The notes below the pieces were generated by a model that saw nothing but the letters and a program-made list of their open reading frames with translations, was not told the DNA's origin and made no database searches. A DNA stretch of 64,000 nucleotides, taken from a virus. This document shows positions 8,890 to 17,801 of this stretch, piece after piece; position 1 is the first letter of the stretch; the number at the start of each line of letters is the position of its first letter. The stretch is taken from the IMG/VR virus record IMGVR_UViG_3300036652_000269, positions 1-64,000 of that record; one strand, 5' to 3'. The position numbers were made by a program, and so were the translations under genes.

Positions 8890-9823
8890 ATGGAGCAGGT
8901 TGGATGACTTGCGTCGTCCTGGCCAGGCACGTACCCGAATGGGTTGGATACGTGCATGACCAGCACGGCAAGGTCATCAGTCTTGCCGTACACGTGATGT
9001 GACGTGGTGCTAACGTCATTGTCTTTTGTAGAGCTGACCCGCTGGCCGATGTGCTTGTGACAGTCAACGCTGTCGAATAGCGACCCGGTTTCTATCGTCG
9101 TCCGCTTTCATACGCCGCTTGTGTAGGGCTACGGGCTTGGGCGCTTGTATTGATCCCGGCGATCACGTAAGTGCCTTCCGGTTTCCTGGTGCTGTCCCCA
9201 AGCTGAAGTGGAGCGATCCCACCTGCTTGCTTCCGCAGTACCGCCCATGATGCTGGCGCGTACTAGTTACATGTGCACGATATCTACCTTGTCCCTGGCG
9301 GGTGGCTTACATCTTGACTATGCGTCTGACAGGCTATCGATTGTCCTGTCCCCGTAGTTCTGAGTCGAACACCTAGCTGCATCGTTTCCGGCACTTGCCG
9401 TAGTTTGATTCCGATGGCACAACGGGCCACCATCGGTTGCACTAGGTTCGCAGGGTCTTCGTCGTTATCGGGTAGGCGCACCCTGCCGTTGCGTTGGATG
9501 CCTTGCATGATTTTGCGTCATGTCTTCCGCCCGATTGTGCTGGGATTCGCTAAGTCCCGGTTCACCACCCCGAGCTACTTTGTTGTTGCCGCTGCTGTTC
9601 ACAACCGCACGGACGTACGTCCAAGTGTGCGGGTAAGCGTGAAGCTGGCCCAAGTAGGAGGTGGCCGATTCCGACCCCTGCTATGTCGTCACTGTCCAGT
9701 TATGAAGGTTCGAAGGTTCGGCGCTTTGAGGGTCTTGCTGCGGACCCTGCGGCCCGACTGCCCGGATTTGAGTTCACCAGGGGCTTCCGTCGTGCCCTAC
9801 CTTGCCCACCGCGCTAGCGGCTT
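8890..9823 (-). ncRNA. candidate large structured non-coding RNA or 5' leader (~0.93 kb)
   Basis: No credible CDS; at least 7 hairpins; promoter directly upstream; boxA-like element inside. Confidence 0.5.
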
Positions 9824-9829
9824 GACGCT

Positions 9830-9859
9830 AGCTTAGTGCAAAAACGACCCAGGTCGCAA
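9830..9859 (-). promoter_or_regulatory. SigA-like leftward promoter TTGCGA-N18-TAAGCT
   Basis: -35 at 9854-9859 and -10 (TANNNT) at 9830-9835 on the minus strand, heading the leftward operon. Confidence 0.6.
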
Positions 9860-9862
9860 TAC

Positions 9863-9972
9863 CAAACCGGACATTCGCCCAAGCACTTTTCGGACATTTC
9901 AGGACAAAATATCGGGGCAAACCAGACATTATAACCCATACAGACCACCGCATACTAGGGCAAACCGGACAT
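9863..9972. repeat. direct repeats of (GGG)CAAACC[GA]GACAT with GGACA core
   Basis: Copies at 9863-9874, 9915-9929 and 9958-9972; cores at 9891-9897 and 9901-9906. Confidence 0.8.
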
Positions 9973-10060
9973 AATGACCCGTCCAGCTGGCCAAACCTGT
10001 CCGCATAGTGGACTGTCGTCCAGATAGTGGACAGCCCAGGATCGCTACGGCATAGGCAGT

Positions 10061-10089
10061 TTCACATCGACAATGTGAACGTGTAGTAT
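10061..10089 (+). promoter_or_regulatory. SigA-like rightward promoter TTCACA-N17-TAGTAT overlapped by the palindrome TTCACAT-N5-ATGTGAA
   Basis: Seen directly; ~50 nt upstream of the GAAAGGT RBS and ATG at 10138. Confidence 0.65.
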
Positions 10090-10137
10090 CTACTCGATAG
10101 CTAGCCCATCCAACCCATCCATCTGAAAGGTAAACTC

Positions 10138-10812
10138 ATGTCTGAAGCCACTGCTGAATCGGCACCCCGTACTGCTCGTAAGCGGGTGGCCAAGAAGGCT
10201 GTCGCGGAGAACACCACCCAGACCACCCCGACCGCTGACACGGATGCAGCCCCGGCACGCAAGGTGGCCCGGAAGGCTGTCAAAAATACAGCTGAGAAGC
10301 CCACCACTCCGGTCAAGAAGACGGCCCGGAAGGCGACCAGCAGACCGGCTGTCAAGAAGACAGCTGAGAAGACTGCGGCCAAGACGACTGTCAAGAAGAC
10401 AGCCACCAAGTCCCCGGCCAAGACGACTGTCAAGAAGACAGCTGCCAAGTCCCCGGCCAAGAAGGCGGCTCCGGCTGTGGAACGGGAACGCAACGAACAC
10501 GGCTACGTCGTCGGCACGGACATGGCTCTGATCAGCGACATGCTGGTGGCCGGTGGCGAAACCCGTGGGGAAGTAACGGACCGCATCCGTGGGTCTATCG
10601 AACCGACAACCCGTGGTGGCCAGCCCAAGAACGTGTCGTCGCTCGTTTCGATGGCCATCAAGGAACTGACTGCACGCGGATACACGCAGGAAGCAACGTG
10701 GCGCTTCATTCCGCCCGTAGCATCTTCGGACAGCGGTCGCAAGTCCACCGCTGCGCCCGCTGCCAAGAAGACCGCCAGGCGTGCGACAGGCCGGGCTAAG
10801 GCAAAGGGCTGA
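10138..10812 (+). CDS. histone-H1/HupB-tail-like Lys/Ala-rich DNA-binding protein with a globular C-terminal domain
   Basis: Repeated VKKTA and PAKK units; RBS and promoter present. Confidence 0.75.
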   Translation: MSEATAESAPRTARKRVAKKAVAENTTQTTPTADTDAAPARKVARKAVKNTAEKPTTPVKKTARKATSRPAVKKTAEKTAAKTTVKKTATKSPAKTTVKKTAAKSPAKKAAPAVERERNEHGYVVGTDMALISDMLVAGGETRGEVTDRIRGSIEPTTRGGQPKNVSSLVSMAIKELTARGYTQEATWRFIPPVASSDSGRKSTAAPAAKKTARRATGRAKAKG

Positions 10813-10854
10813 CGGGTCCGGTAACGTCGTCATACGATGCCGTGGTCTGGAAGG

Positions 10855-10907
10855 GCCCGGTTCCCCGCATATCGGTTGGGAGGCCGATGGGGAACCGGGT
10901 TCTTTCT
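10855..10907 (+). terminator. intrinsic terminator-like hairpin
   Basis: CCCGGTTCCCC...GGGGAACCGGG followed by TTCTTTCT. Confidence 0.6.
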
Positions 10908-10945
10908 ATCTTGCGGACACATTGGACGACGACGATTGGACGGAC

Positions 10946-12217
10946 GTGTCTTCATCACCGGAAAGATTGCTGCTTAGCTCCATTGTGCGGGACGGCGACA
11001 TGAACGTGGCCATCCAACACGGGCTAGCCCCCGACATGTTCCACGCCTTCCCCGACGAATGGCTGTGGATGCAGACGTACTACATGAAGTACAAGCGGTC
11101 CCCGTCGAAGCTCGCGTTCAAGCACAAGTTCCCCGAGTTCCGGATCGCGGCTGTCAATGACACAAGTCACTTCGCGGATGAAGTCCGACGCCACCACGCA
11201 CGCACGTTGCTGACCGGCACACTCAGGGACGCTAGCAACCTGATAGCTGACGGCAAGCTGGACGCAGCCTTGATGGCCCTACAAGGGTCCGTGGTCGGGA
11301 TCGCAGCGGGTATGTCGGACAACGTTGACCAGGACATCTTCTCGAACTATGAAGACACCCTGGTCGAAGTAGACCGGCGATGGAAACTTGTCGAAACGAA
11401 AGGTTACAGCGGTATTCCCACCGGCATCCCGACCCTGGACGAACGGGTCGGCGGGTTCAACGCTGGAGAACTCTGGTTGTTTGCCGCCCGGTTGGGTGAA
11501 GGAAAGTCGTGGACCTTGCAGTCGATGGCCCTGGCGGCGGCGATGGAAGAGTACGTCATCCAGTTCAACGCGCTGGAACAGTCCCGTGCCCAGGTGTCAA
11601 TGCGTATCCATGCGCTGTTGTCGGGGTCTATCGGCAAGACAGTCTTCAGCAACACCGACTTGATGCAAGGCAAGGGCTACGACCCCGGCGAGTACAGGCT
11701 CTTTCTGAAAGACATGAAGGAAACCATCAAGGGCAAGTTACACGTGTCGGATTCCCCACGACTGACACCACTGGGCATCGCTGCACAGATCGAGAAGAAC
11801 AAGCCTCACGCGGTCTACGTGGACTACGTGCAGCTGATGTCGAAGGGGAAGGACTGGCAGGACATCGCAGCCATCAGCGGTGAACTGAAGGCCGTCGCCA
11901 TGGAGTACCAGGTTCCCGTCATCGGGGCAGCCCAGCTGAATCGTGACGCAGCAGGTGGCAAGGGCAACGCAGGCCCCGAAAAACTGGGTGGGTCGGACGC
12001 ACTGGGCCAGGACGCCGATGGTGTGGTCACCAGCAAGCAACTCAGTGAACGTGTCATCCGGCACATGCTGGCCAAGAACCGCAACGGTCCCGGTGGGCAG
12101 ACGTTCTACATCCACTTCGATCCCACCCAGGGCATCTACAAAGAGGTCAGCGCCAACCGGGCCCGCGACCTGATGGACGAAGACGAAGACAGGCGCGACC
12201 GGGAAGAGACCAAGTGA
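10946..12217 (+). CDS. dnaB: DnaB-like replicative helicase
   Basis: AARLGEGKS (Walker A), VYVDYVQLM (Walker B), AAQLNR, QDAD, KNRNGP; GTG start inferred. Confidence 0.92.
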   Translation: MSSSPERLLLSSIVRDGDMNVAIQHGLAPDMFHAFPDEWLWMQTYYMKYKRSPSKLAFKHKFPEFRIAAVNDTSHFADEVRRHHARTLLTGTLRDASNLIADGKLDAALMALQGSVVGIAAGMSDNVDQDIFSNYEDTLVEVDRRWKLVETKGYSGIPTGIPTLDERVGGFNAGELWLFAARLGEGKSWTLQSMALAAAMEEYVIQFNALEQSRAQVSMRIHALLSGSIGKTVFSNTDLMQGKGYDPGEYRLFLKDMKETIKGKLHVSDSPRLTPLGIAAQIEKNKPHAVYVDYVQLMSKGKDWQDIAAISGELKAVAMEYQVPVIGAAQLNRDAAGGKGNAGPEKLGGSDALGQDADGVVTSKQLSERVIRHMLAKNRNGPGGQTFYIHFDPTQGIYKEVSANRARDLMDEDEDRRDREETK

Positions 12218-12411
12218 TGCGCTTCTTCCGGCGACTACGTGCACGACATGTCTGCAAGAAAAAGGGGCACGGTCGTCTGGTGCGGGTAGTGGACCAGTAT
12301 CACGCATTACCGGAAATGAACTACCTGACGGCCGTCCCCATGGTCATCGACAGACAGCACTACGAATGTGCTCGGTGTGGGAAACACATCCGACCTGCCG
12401 GGGTGCAGTGA
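12214..12411 (+). CDS. small Cys/His protein (C...GH...CARCGK)
   Basis: Overlaps the helicase stop and the primase start. Confidence 0.65.
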   Translation: MMRFFRRLRARHVCKKKGHGRLVRVVDQYHALPEMNYLTAVPMVIDRQHYECARCGKHIRPAGVQ

Positions 12412-13370
12412 TGGCACGACGGTTCGATGAGTTCGCAGAGAAGTATCTGAACATCAGTCTGCGGTCCGGTCCCGAATACATGGTGCAGTGCGTCTTTCAC
12501 GATGACAGTCGGGCGTCGATGCAGTTCAATGCTGATCGCGGCCTCTTCGTCTGCTTCACCTGCGGCATGGGTGGCGGGATGCGGAAGCTGATGGCCGAGT
12601 TCGGTTTGCGGTCCATCGAAGAATCGTTGGACGTGTCCGACATCCTGGCCCGGCTGGACGAGATCGATCGTCGTGACGGCAAGCCTGCCAAAGACGACCT
12701 GCCGGTGCTACCGGAAAGCTACCTACGCCGGTTCTGCGGGCCGCTGGACTACTGGGAAGACCGGGGGCTGTCGATGGACACCATCAAGCGGTTCGGGCTG
12801 GGCAGCGACCCGCTAGAGACCGAGATAGCCACCATCCCGATCCGCAACGTGTCGGGCGGGCTGTTGGGTGTCATCAAGCGGGATGGTTCTGATGATGCCC
12901 CGATCCGCTACAAGTACCCCAAGGGCTTCAAACGGTCCCGGCACATGTTTGGGTCATGGCTTGTCGAAGAGACAGATTCCAACCTGGCCGTGGTGGTCGA
13001 AGGGTCTGTCGATTCGATGATGGTCTGGGAAGCGGGTCTGGTGGGCCTTGCCCAGTACGGGTCCACCATCGGACGACCTCAGATCAAGTTGATGCTGGAA
13101 CTGGGGATCGAACGAGTCGTCTTGCTGTATGACAACCCGGCCATCGACAAGGCAGGTGCACTGGCTATCCGGTATGCGCTGGGCTGGCACCGGGAAAAGG
13201 ATCGCAAGACCGGCAATGTCACCGAACGCTACGACCCGACTACCGACCTCGCACGGTTCTTCCAGGTCGCCATCGGGCAGTACCCCACCAAGCCGCGTCG
13301 GGTGAAGGACCCCGGTGCCATGACGGTCAGCCAGATTCAAACTGCGGTTGGCTCCGCACTGGCTGCCTGA
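12411..13370 (+). CDS. dnaG: DNA primase (CHC2 zinc finger plus Toprim)
   Basis: CVFHDD...FVCFTCG; VVEGSVD; LLYDN; KDPG. Confidence 0.9.
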   Translation: MARRFDEFAEKYLNISLRSGPEYMVQCVFHDDSRASMQFNADRGLFVCFTCGMGGGMRKLMAEFGLRSIEESLDVSDILARLDEIDRRDGKPAKDDLPVLPESYLRRFCGPLDYWEDRGLSMDTIKRFGLGSDPLETEIATIPIRNVSGGLLGVIKRDGSDDAPIRYKYPKGFKRSRHMFGSWLVEETDSNLAVVVEGSVDSMMVWEAGLVGLAQYGSTIGRPQIKLMLELGIERVVLLYDNPAIDKAGALAIRYALGWHREKDRKTGNVTERYDPTTDLARFFQVAIGQYPTKPRRVKDPGAMTVSQIQTAVGSALAA

Positions 13371-13407
13371 TAGTCTGCGTGTTACGTCGTCCGAACCCGC
13401 AGACACA

Positions 13408-13461
13408 AAGAACCCCCGGAAGTCACCGCCTCCTGTACACCAGGTGACTACCGGGGGTTCT
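13408..13461. terminator. hairpin between convergent operons (probably bidirectional terminator)
   Basis: AAGAACCCCCGG.AGTCACC / GGTGACT.CCGGGGGTTCTT inverted repeat. Confidence 0.75.
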
Positions 13462-13554
13462 TGCTGTACGGGCCCTAGACGCTTTCGATGCCCATCGGGC
13501 CCGTCCGTAGCTGCCAAGCCCCGTCAGGCCGTCAGCGGGGCGTACAGCCGGGCT

Positions 13555-13782
13555 CTAGCTGGTGCTGGGTGGGTTCGTCATGCCGGTGGGGGCCGGAACC
13601 ACCTGGGTACCCTTGGCCGGGGCGTTGGGGACCTTGTAGACCCCGTACGTGGTGGCCACGGCCAGGATGGCGTCCGCAACCGTCAGAGCGGTGCCGTGCA
13701 GGAACCCGGACGACACAGCCATCGCCACCACACCTACGGCAGTGGTGACTGCCTTGGCTACCTCTTTAGCGGTGATTGTCAT
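13555..13782 (-). CDS. holin (2 TM, actinophage type)
   Basis: AKAVTTAV...YGVYKVPN motif; downstream of the endolysin. Confidence 0.75.
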   Translation of the reverse strand: MTITAKEVAKAVTTAVGVVAMAVSSGFLHGTALTVADAILAVATTYGVYKVPNAPAKGTQVVPAPTGMTNPPSTS

Positions 13783-13795
13783 GTTGATACTTCCT

Positions 13796-13993
13796 TCAGT
13801 GCAAGTGCGGGGTGGAGGCCATGGCGGGGATCGACATGGCAAGTATCTGAACGATAGAAGCGGTGGACATCCCGATCCACAACCTTCGGACCCACTTCGG
13901 TGCGTGGATGTACGAGCGTTGCGGGGTGTTGGTTCCGGTGCCTTCCATAGTGGGTGTCCTTTTGATGGCTGCGATGGGATGTTGATCGATCAC
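13796..13993 (-). CDS. small membrane protein of the lysis cassette
   Basis: GTGA overlap with the upstream stop; one hydrophobic segment. Confidence 0.5.
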   Translation of the reverse strand: MIDQHPIAAIKRTPTMEGTGTNTPQRSYIHAPKWVRRLWIGMSTASIVQILAMSIPAMASTPHLH

Positions 13994-14172
13994 TTGCGCC
14001 GGTCGTTGTCCGACTTGCGGTAGCTGGCAGTCAGCACACCCACGATGGCCATGAACGCCACATTGAGTTCCGGTGCCGGGGTGTAGCCCTTCACGAAGAT
14101 AGGCGCTGTGAAGTTGACTGCCCAGACGATGGCGACTATCAGAATGATGGCGGTGCGCAGCCGATTCGACAT
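13990..14172 (-). CDS. 2-TM membrane protein (lysis accessory or holin-like)
   Basis: GGGAGG RBS; two hydrophobic helices and a basic C-terminus. Confidence 0.7.
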   Translation of the reverse strand: MSNRLRTAIILIVAIVWAVNFTAPIFVKGYTPAPELNVAFMAIVGVLTASYRKSDNDRRK

Positions 14173-14292
14173 GGCACCTCCCTGATGTGTCGCTCATCGA
14201 TCCGCCTTTCAAGCCTATCTGTGTGATCCACCAGAAACGTGACAAGGACATCCAGTTCTGTCCGAATGTCCTCATCACGTCACCTGATTGGG

Positions 14293-15399
14293 CTACAACG
14301 CCACTAGCGCGTCGAAGGTCTTCTGACCGGCGATGTAGTCAGTACCCAGGTTGTGCGCCGTCTGGAAGGCACCCAACGAAGCGTGAGTCTTCACACCTGC
14401 GATGCCGTCTGGAACACCGTTCTTGCAACCGCAGTCGAAGCCCGCGGCTTGGAGCATGGCCTGAAGTGCCTTCACACCGTTGCTGCCGTTGTCGTGGACC
14501 GGGGTCTTGTCTGCGTTGCGCAGGTCAAGGTTTTGCACGTTGACACTCCATGTGGTCGGGGATGGGGCCGGAACTGGGACAGGTGCCGGTGGTGTGGGGT
14601 CGCTGACCGGGACCACCACGGGCGGTGCTGGTTCGGTCTGGCTGGTTGTCGATTCGATACCCCACAACGCTTCGAGTGCCATCCTGGTGCCGGGGAACAC
14701 GGACACGTCACACGGCTGGATGCCACCGATTGACACTGTGGACTTGTACTGGCGCAGGTCGTAGGACTTGCTCCCGCCCCATGCGTTCCAGTAGCCCGGG
14801 GTGACGCCCTGCTGGTCACGCCCACCGGACTGAAGCACCTGCCACGGATCGGCGGTGCAGTTCTCGTTCGACACGTAGGTGCCGCCGTCCCACACCCAGC
14901 TGAACCCGTTGGCCGGAAGGGTTGGGTTGTGCAGGTAGCCGTTCATGTACCAGCGGCCCGAGTAGATGCCCAGTGGCCGGTCAGTCAGCTGTTGCCAGCG
15001 GGCCAGGAAGTCCAGCACGTCCTGCCACGACGGACCGTTGCCCCTGGCGTCTTGCGTTTCGACATCAATGCAGTGACCGACCAGGTTCACGTCACCGAGC
15101 AGTTGGGTGATGGCCCAGAACCGTTCGGCCTGCGCTGCACCGTTGCCTTTCTCCATGAAGAAGTAGCGGGCTCGGGGAACACCCAGTGCCTTCAGCACCG
15201 CATCGTTGGCGCGGGCCAGGATGTCGGAACCATCGGGGTTGAAGCTCACTCGGCCGTTGCCGGTGATGAGTCCTTGCCCGCACTTGTAGATACCGAAGCC
15301 GATGTTCTGCTGTTGCAGGATCGACAAGTTCAGTGCACGACCGTTGACGTTGGACACGTCAGGGCCGATCAGCACTTGGTTCAGATCAGCGAACGTCAT
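14293..15399 (-). CDS. endolysin: GH25 muramidase, Pro-rich linker, peptidoglycan-binding domain
   Basis: DVS at the N-terminus, IDVE catalytic motif, GIYSGRWY, QY; C-terminal VKALQAML...DGIAGVKT...FQTAHNL. Confidence 0.88.
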   Translation of the reverse strand: MTFADLNQVLIGPDVSNVNGRALNLSILQQQNIGFGIYKCGQGLITGNGRVSFNPDGSDILARANDAVLKALGVPRARYFFMEKGNGAAQAERFWAITQLLGDVNLVGHCIDVETQDARGNGPSWQDVLDFLARWQQLTDRPLGIYSGRWYMNGYLHNPTLPANGFSWVWDGGTYVSNENCTADPWQVLQSGGRDQQGVTPGYWNAWGGSKSYDLRQYKSTVSIGGIQPCDVSVFPGTRMALEALWGIESTTSQTEPAPPVVVPVSDPTPPAPVPVPAPSPTTWSVNVQNLDLRNADKTPVHDNGSNGVKALQAMLQAAGFDCGCKNGVPDGIAGVKTHASLGAFQTAHNLGTDYIAGQKTFDALVAL

Positions 15400-15414
15400 G
15401 GATGGGCTCCTTGC

Positions 15415-15648
15415 CTAGCTGGTTGGGATAGCGCCTGCTGTCTTACCGATGGCGTCAGTTGCCATGGTAAGCGTGATCAGGCTGGTCACCACTCGTTCCA
15501 GGATCGGCACGATGTCTGTCAAGGTGACATTAGGGTTCTGCAAAGTGGCCAGGTCCGCTTGCCCCTGCGCCACCGCTGCTGCCATCTGGTCTTGTGCACC
15601 GCGAATAACTGCTGGGCTCGATGCCGGTGCCAAAACGGTGGTAGCCAT
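15415..15648 (-). CDS. small coiled-coil protein (tail fiber associated?)
   Basis: TAATG coupling with the upstream gene. Confidence 0.55.
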   Translation of the reverse strand: MATTVLAPASSPAVIRGAQDQMAAAVAQGQADLATLQNPNVTLTDIVPILERVVTSLITLTMATDAIGKTAGAIPTS

Positions 15649-16382
15649 TATGACACCACGATCTGAACGGACATCCCCTCGCACGTCACCGTGATGGTGT
15701 CGCCCGAAGTTGTGGATGTCACATCGATAGCTGCTTGGCCGTTCATTACCGGTTCAGTTGTCAGTGCGCCGTTCACGTTGAAGGTGGCCGACGTAGGTGC
15801 GCCGTCGTTCTGGTTGGCGTACGTCACCGTTGATGCAGTCGTGCCATCTGCCGGGATGGTCAGCGTGCTGGCAGTCAGCGAAGGAAGCGGTAGTTCAACT
15901 GGCACATCGACAGTGATGACGTTTGCTGTGACGGTGGCAGTACCAACCGACGTGGGTGCAGTGATCTGAAGTTGAGCTTGGTGGTCTACAAGCGCAACAT
16001 TCGTCGTGGTCCCATTGAATGTCACATCGACATTCGCGGGTGCACTACTGCGCTGATCGATGTAGGTTACAGTCAGTTGCTGCCCCAATGTGGCCGTGGG
16101 TGGGTCAACTGTCAGATTGACAGTTACCCAGATACCAGCAGCGTCATCCCACTGCGTACCGGGAGGTTGCGGGGGACGGAACATCGGCACACGGTCCGAT
16201 TCCCAACTGCCACCCACATGGGCATAGCCAGCGTTGGGGCTGGTAACAGCCACCAACTTCTTCTGTTGTTCTTGATACATCGCAGTCAGTACGTCGATGG
16301 AGTCTGTGTCGGTGTCATCGATGATGATGACGTTCTCGACATAGCCTGTCGAACTGACAACTGCGTAACTAGTCTGTGTCAT
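15648..16382 (-). CDS. tail fiber assembly-like protein with C-terminal Ig-like repeats
   Basis: YAVV...VENVII...W motif typical of fiber-adjacent genes; two beta-rich repeats. Confidence 0.65.
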   Translation of the reverse strand: MTQTSYAVVSSTGYVENVIIIDDTDTDSIDVLTAMYQEQQKKLVAVTSPNAGYAHVGGSWESDRVPMFRPPQPPGTQWDDAAGIWVTVNLTVDPPTATLGQQLTVTYIDQRSSAPANVDVTFNGTTTNVALVDHQAQLQITAPTSVGTATVTANVITVDVPVELPLPSLTASTLTIPADGTTASTVTYANQNDGAPTSATFNVNGALTTEPVMNGQAAIDVTSTTSGDTITVTCEGMSVQIVVS

Positions 16383-16391
16383 GTTTGATTC

Positions 16392-17453
16392 CTAAGCAGC
16401 AGTCGGGACAGAGTACGTAACGACGATGTAGCCGGACCCGCCTGCACCACCAGTGCCACCAGTGCCACCTGCACCCGAAGTTGCACCGTTTCCACCGCCG
16501 CCCCCACACCCACTATTGGCTGCCCCCGAGCCACCAGCTGTACCTGATCCAGTGGGTGCAGACCCAGCAATAGCTGGTGTTGCAGCGCCACCGGTTATAC
16601 CGGTGCCTGCGCTACCTGCCGGGCCTGGACCGACACTTCCACCGCTCCCACCACCTGGTTGCAAAAAACCCGTGTACCCGACATAGGCTAATCCAGCTGT
16701 GCCGTTGTTCGCAGGGCCGGCGTACGAGCTTCCTGTACTTCCGCCGCCGCCCCCACAGCCCCCACCACCGCCAGCGGGGAGGGTACCAGCAGACTGGCCA
16801 GGACTCTGGCTGCCAAAGCCACCAGTGCCACCACTGCCACCTGCACCACTGGCACCAGCGGATGTGATGTAGTTGCCAGCACCGCCGCCGCCACCTGAAC
16901 CACCACCACCGCCACCGCCAGGTCCACCGCCGGAACTACCACCAGTGCCACCACCGCTGCCGCCACCTGATCCAAAACCGTTACCTACACCCGCGGTATT
17001 TGTATAGTTTATTGTTGCACCATTCGTACCTCCGGCAGCACCAATCCCCGCTCCGCCATTCACTCCTGCGTACCCGCCACCACCACCACCACCACCACCG
17101 GGCGCCGTGCAGAAACCGAACGTGGTCATACCACCGGTCCCGCCTGCGCCACCCGATGTAGGGGTACTAGCGCCAGCAGTACCCCCAGCGCCACCTGCCC
17201 CAATGGTGTAGGTGATTCCGGTACCCGGCGTACACGGAACGTTCGGATACGGAATAGCAAACCCACTGCCGCCACCACCACCGGGCCCGGAGTAGGGACC
17301 ACCACCAGCACCACCACCGCCGCCGCCACCACCACCAACGACAATCACGCTGTCGAGGTTGGTAACACCTTGGGGTGGGGTCCACGTCCCGCTAGTTGTC
17401 AACTTGACAGACACCTTGGATGCCTGGCGGGTACGCAACTTCGATGCACTCAT
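16392..17453 (-). CDS. glycine-rich tail fiber/minor tail protein
   Basis: TSGTWTPP...VGGGGGGGG start and GGSGYIVV end, typical of the glycine-rich domain. Confidence 0.8.
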   Translation of the reverse strand: MSASKLRTRQASKVSVKLTTSGTWTPPQGVTNLDSVIVVGGGGGGGGGAGGGPYSGPGGGGGSGFAIPYPNVPCTPGTGITYTIGAGGAGGTAGASTPTSGGAGGTGGMTTFGFCTAPGGGGGGGGGYAGVNGGAGIGAAGGTNGATINYTNTAGVGNGFGSGGGSGGGTGGSSGGGPGGGGGGGSGGGGGAGNYITSAGASGAGGSGGTGGFGSQSPGQSAGTLPAGGGGGCGGGGGSTGSSYAGPANNGTAGLAYVGYTGFLQPGGGSGGSVGPGPAGSAGTGITGGAATPAIAGSAPTGSGTAGGSGAANSGCGGGGGNGATSGAGGTGGTGGAGGSGYIVVTYSVPTAA

Positions 17454-17456
17454 CTG

Positions 17457-17795
17457 CTAGCTCAACTCCTGACCGAATGCGGTGAAAGTGACGCCGGTTG
17501 CTGATGCACGAACCCCGATGATGTCACCGTTGGTGCCCGATCCCGCGACACCAAGTTGGAGTGATTCCACGGCGTTCGGGCCCAGGTCCATGTCGTAGAC
17601 CAGTGCTGTTGCGGCACCAGCAGCTGCACCAGCAGGGCGGACGTAGATTCTGAACGTCTTCTCGTTGGCGTCCGTGTTGCAGATCACGATGGACGAACAG
17701 ACGAACCCAAGCACGGTGTTGCCCGGTGCATACATCGGGGTGTCGGTGTTCGCGGTAGGCGACACCTGGCCCAGTATCTTCAACTGCTGTGCCAT
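17457..17795 (-). CDS. minor tail protein (small beta-sandwich)
   Basis: SSIVICN...FTAFGQE; lies in the fiber cluster. Confidence 0.65.
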   Translation of the reverse strand: MAQQLKILGQVSPTANTDTPMYAPGNTVLGFVCSSIVICNTDANEKTFRIYVRPAGAAAGAATALVYDMDLGPNAVESLQLGVAGSGTNGDIIGVRASATGVTFTAFGQELS

Positions 17796-17801
17796 GACTG
17801 G

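Noticed and set aside
9284-9836. ORFs 9284-9508, 9405-9836 and 9465-9653 inside the leader
   Set aside because: No convincing RBS, atypical composition, and they overlap hairpins
9863-9972. Possible CRISPR array
   Set aside because: Repeats are only 12-15 bp and irregularly spaced; no cas genes
10781-10945. Extended N-terminus of DnaB as given in the ORF track
   Set aside because: Overlaps the upstream gene and terminator; GTG at 10946 is more plausible
16392-17453. PE-PGRS-like host gene or microsatellite
   Set aside because: No PE domain; the Gly-rich phage tail domain explains the CCA/CCG repeats
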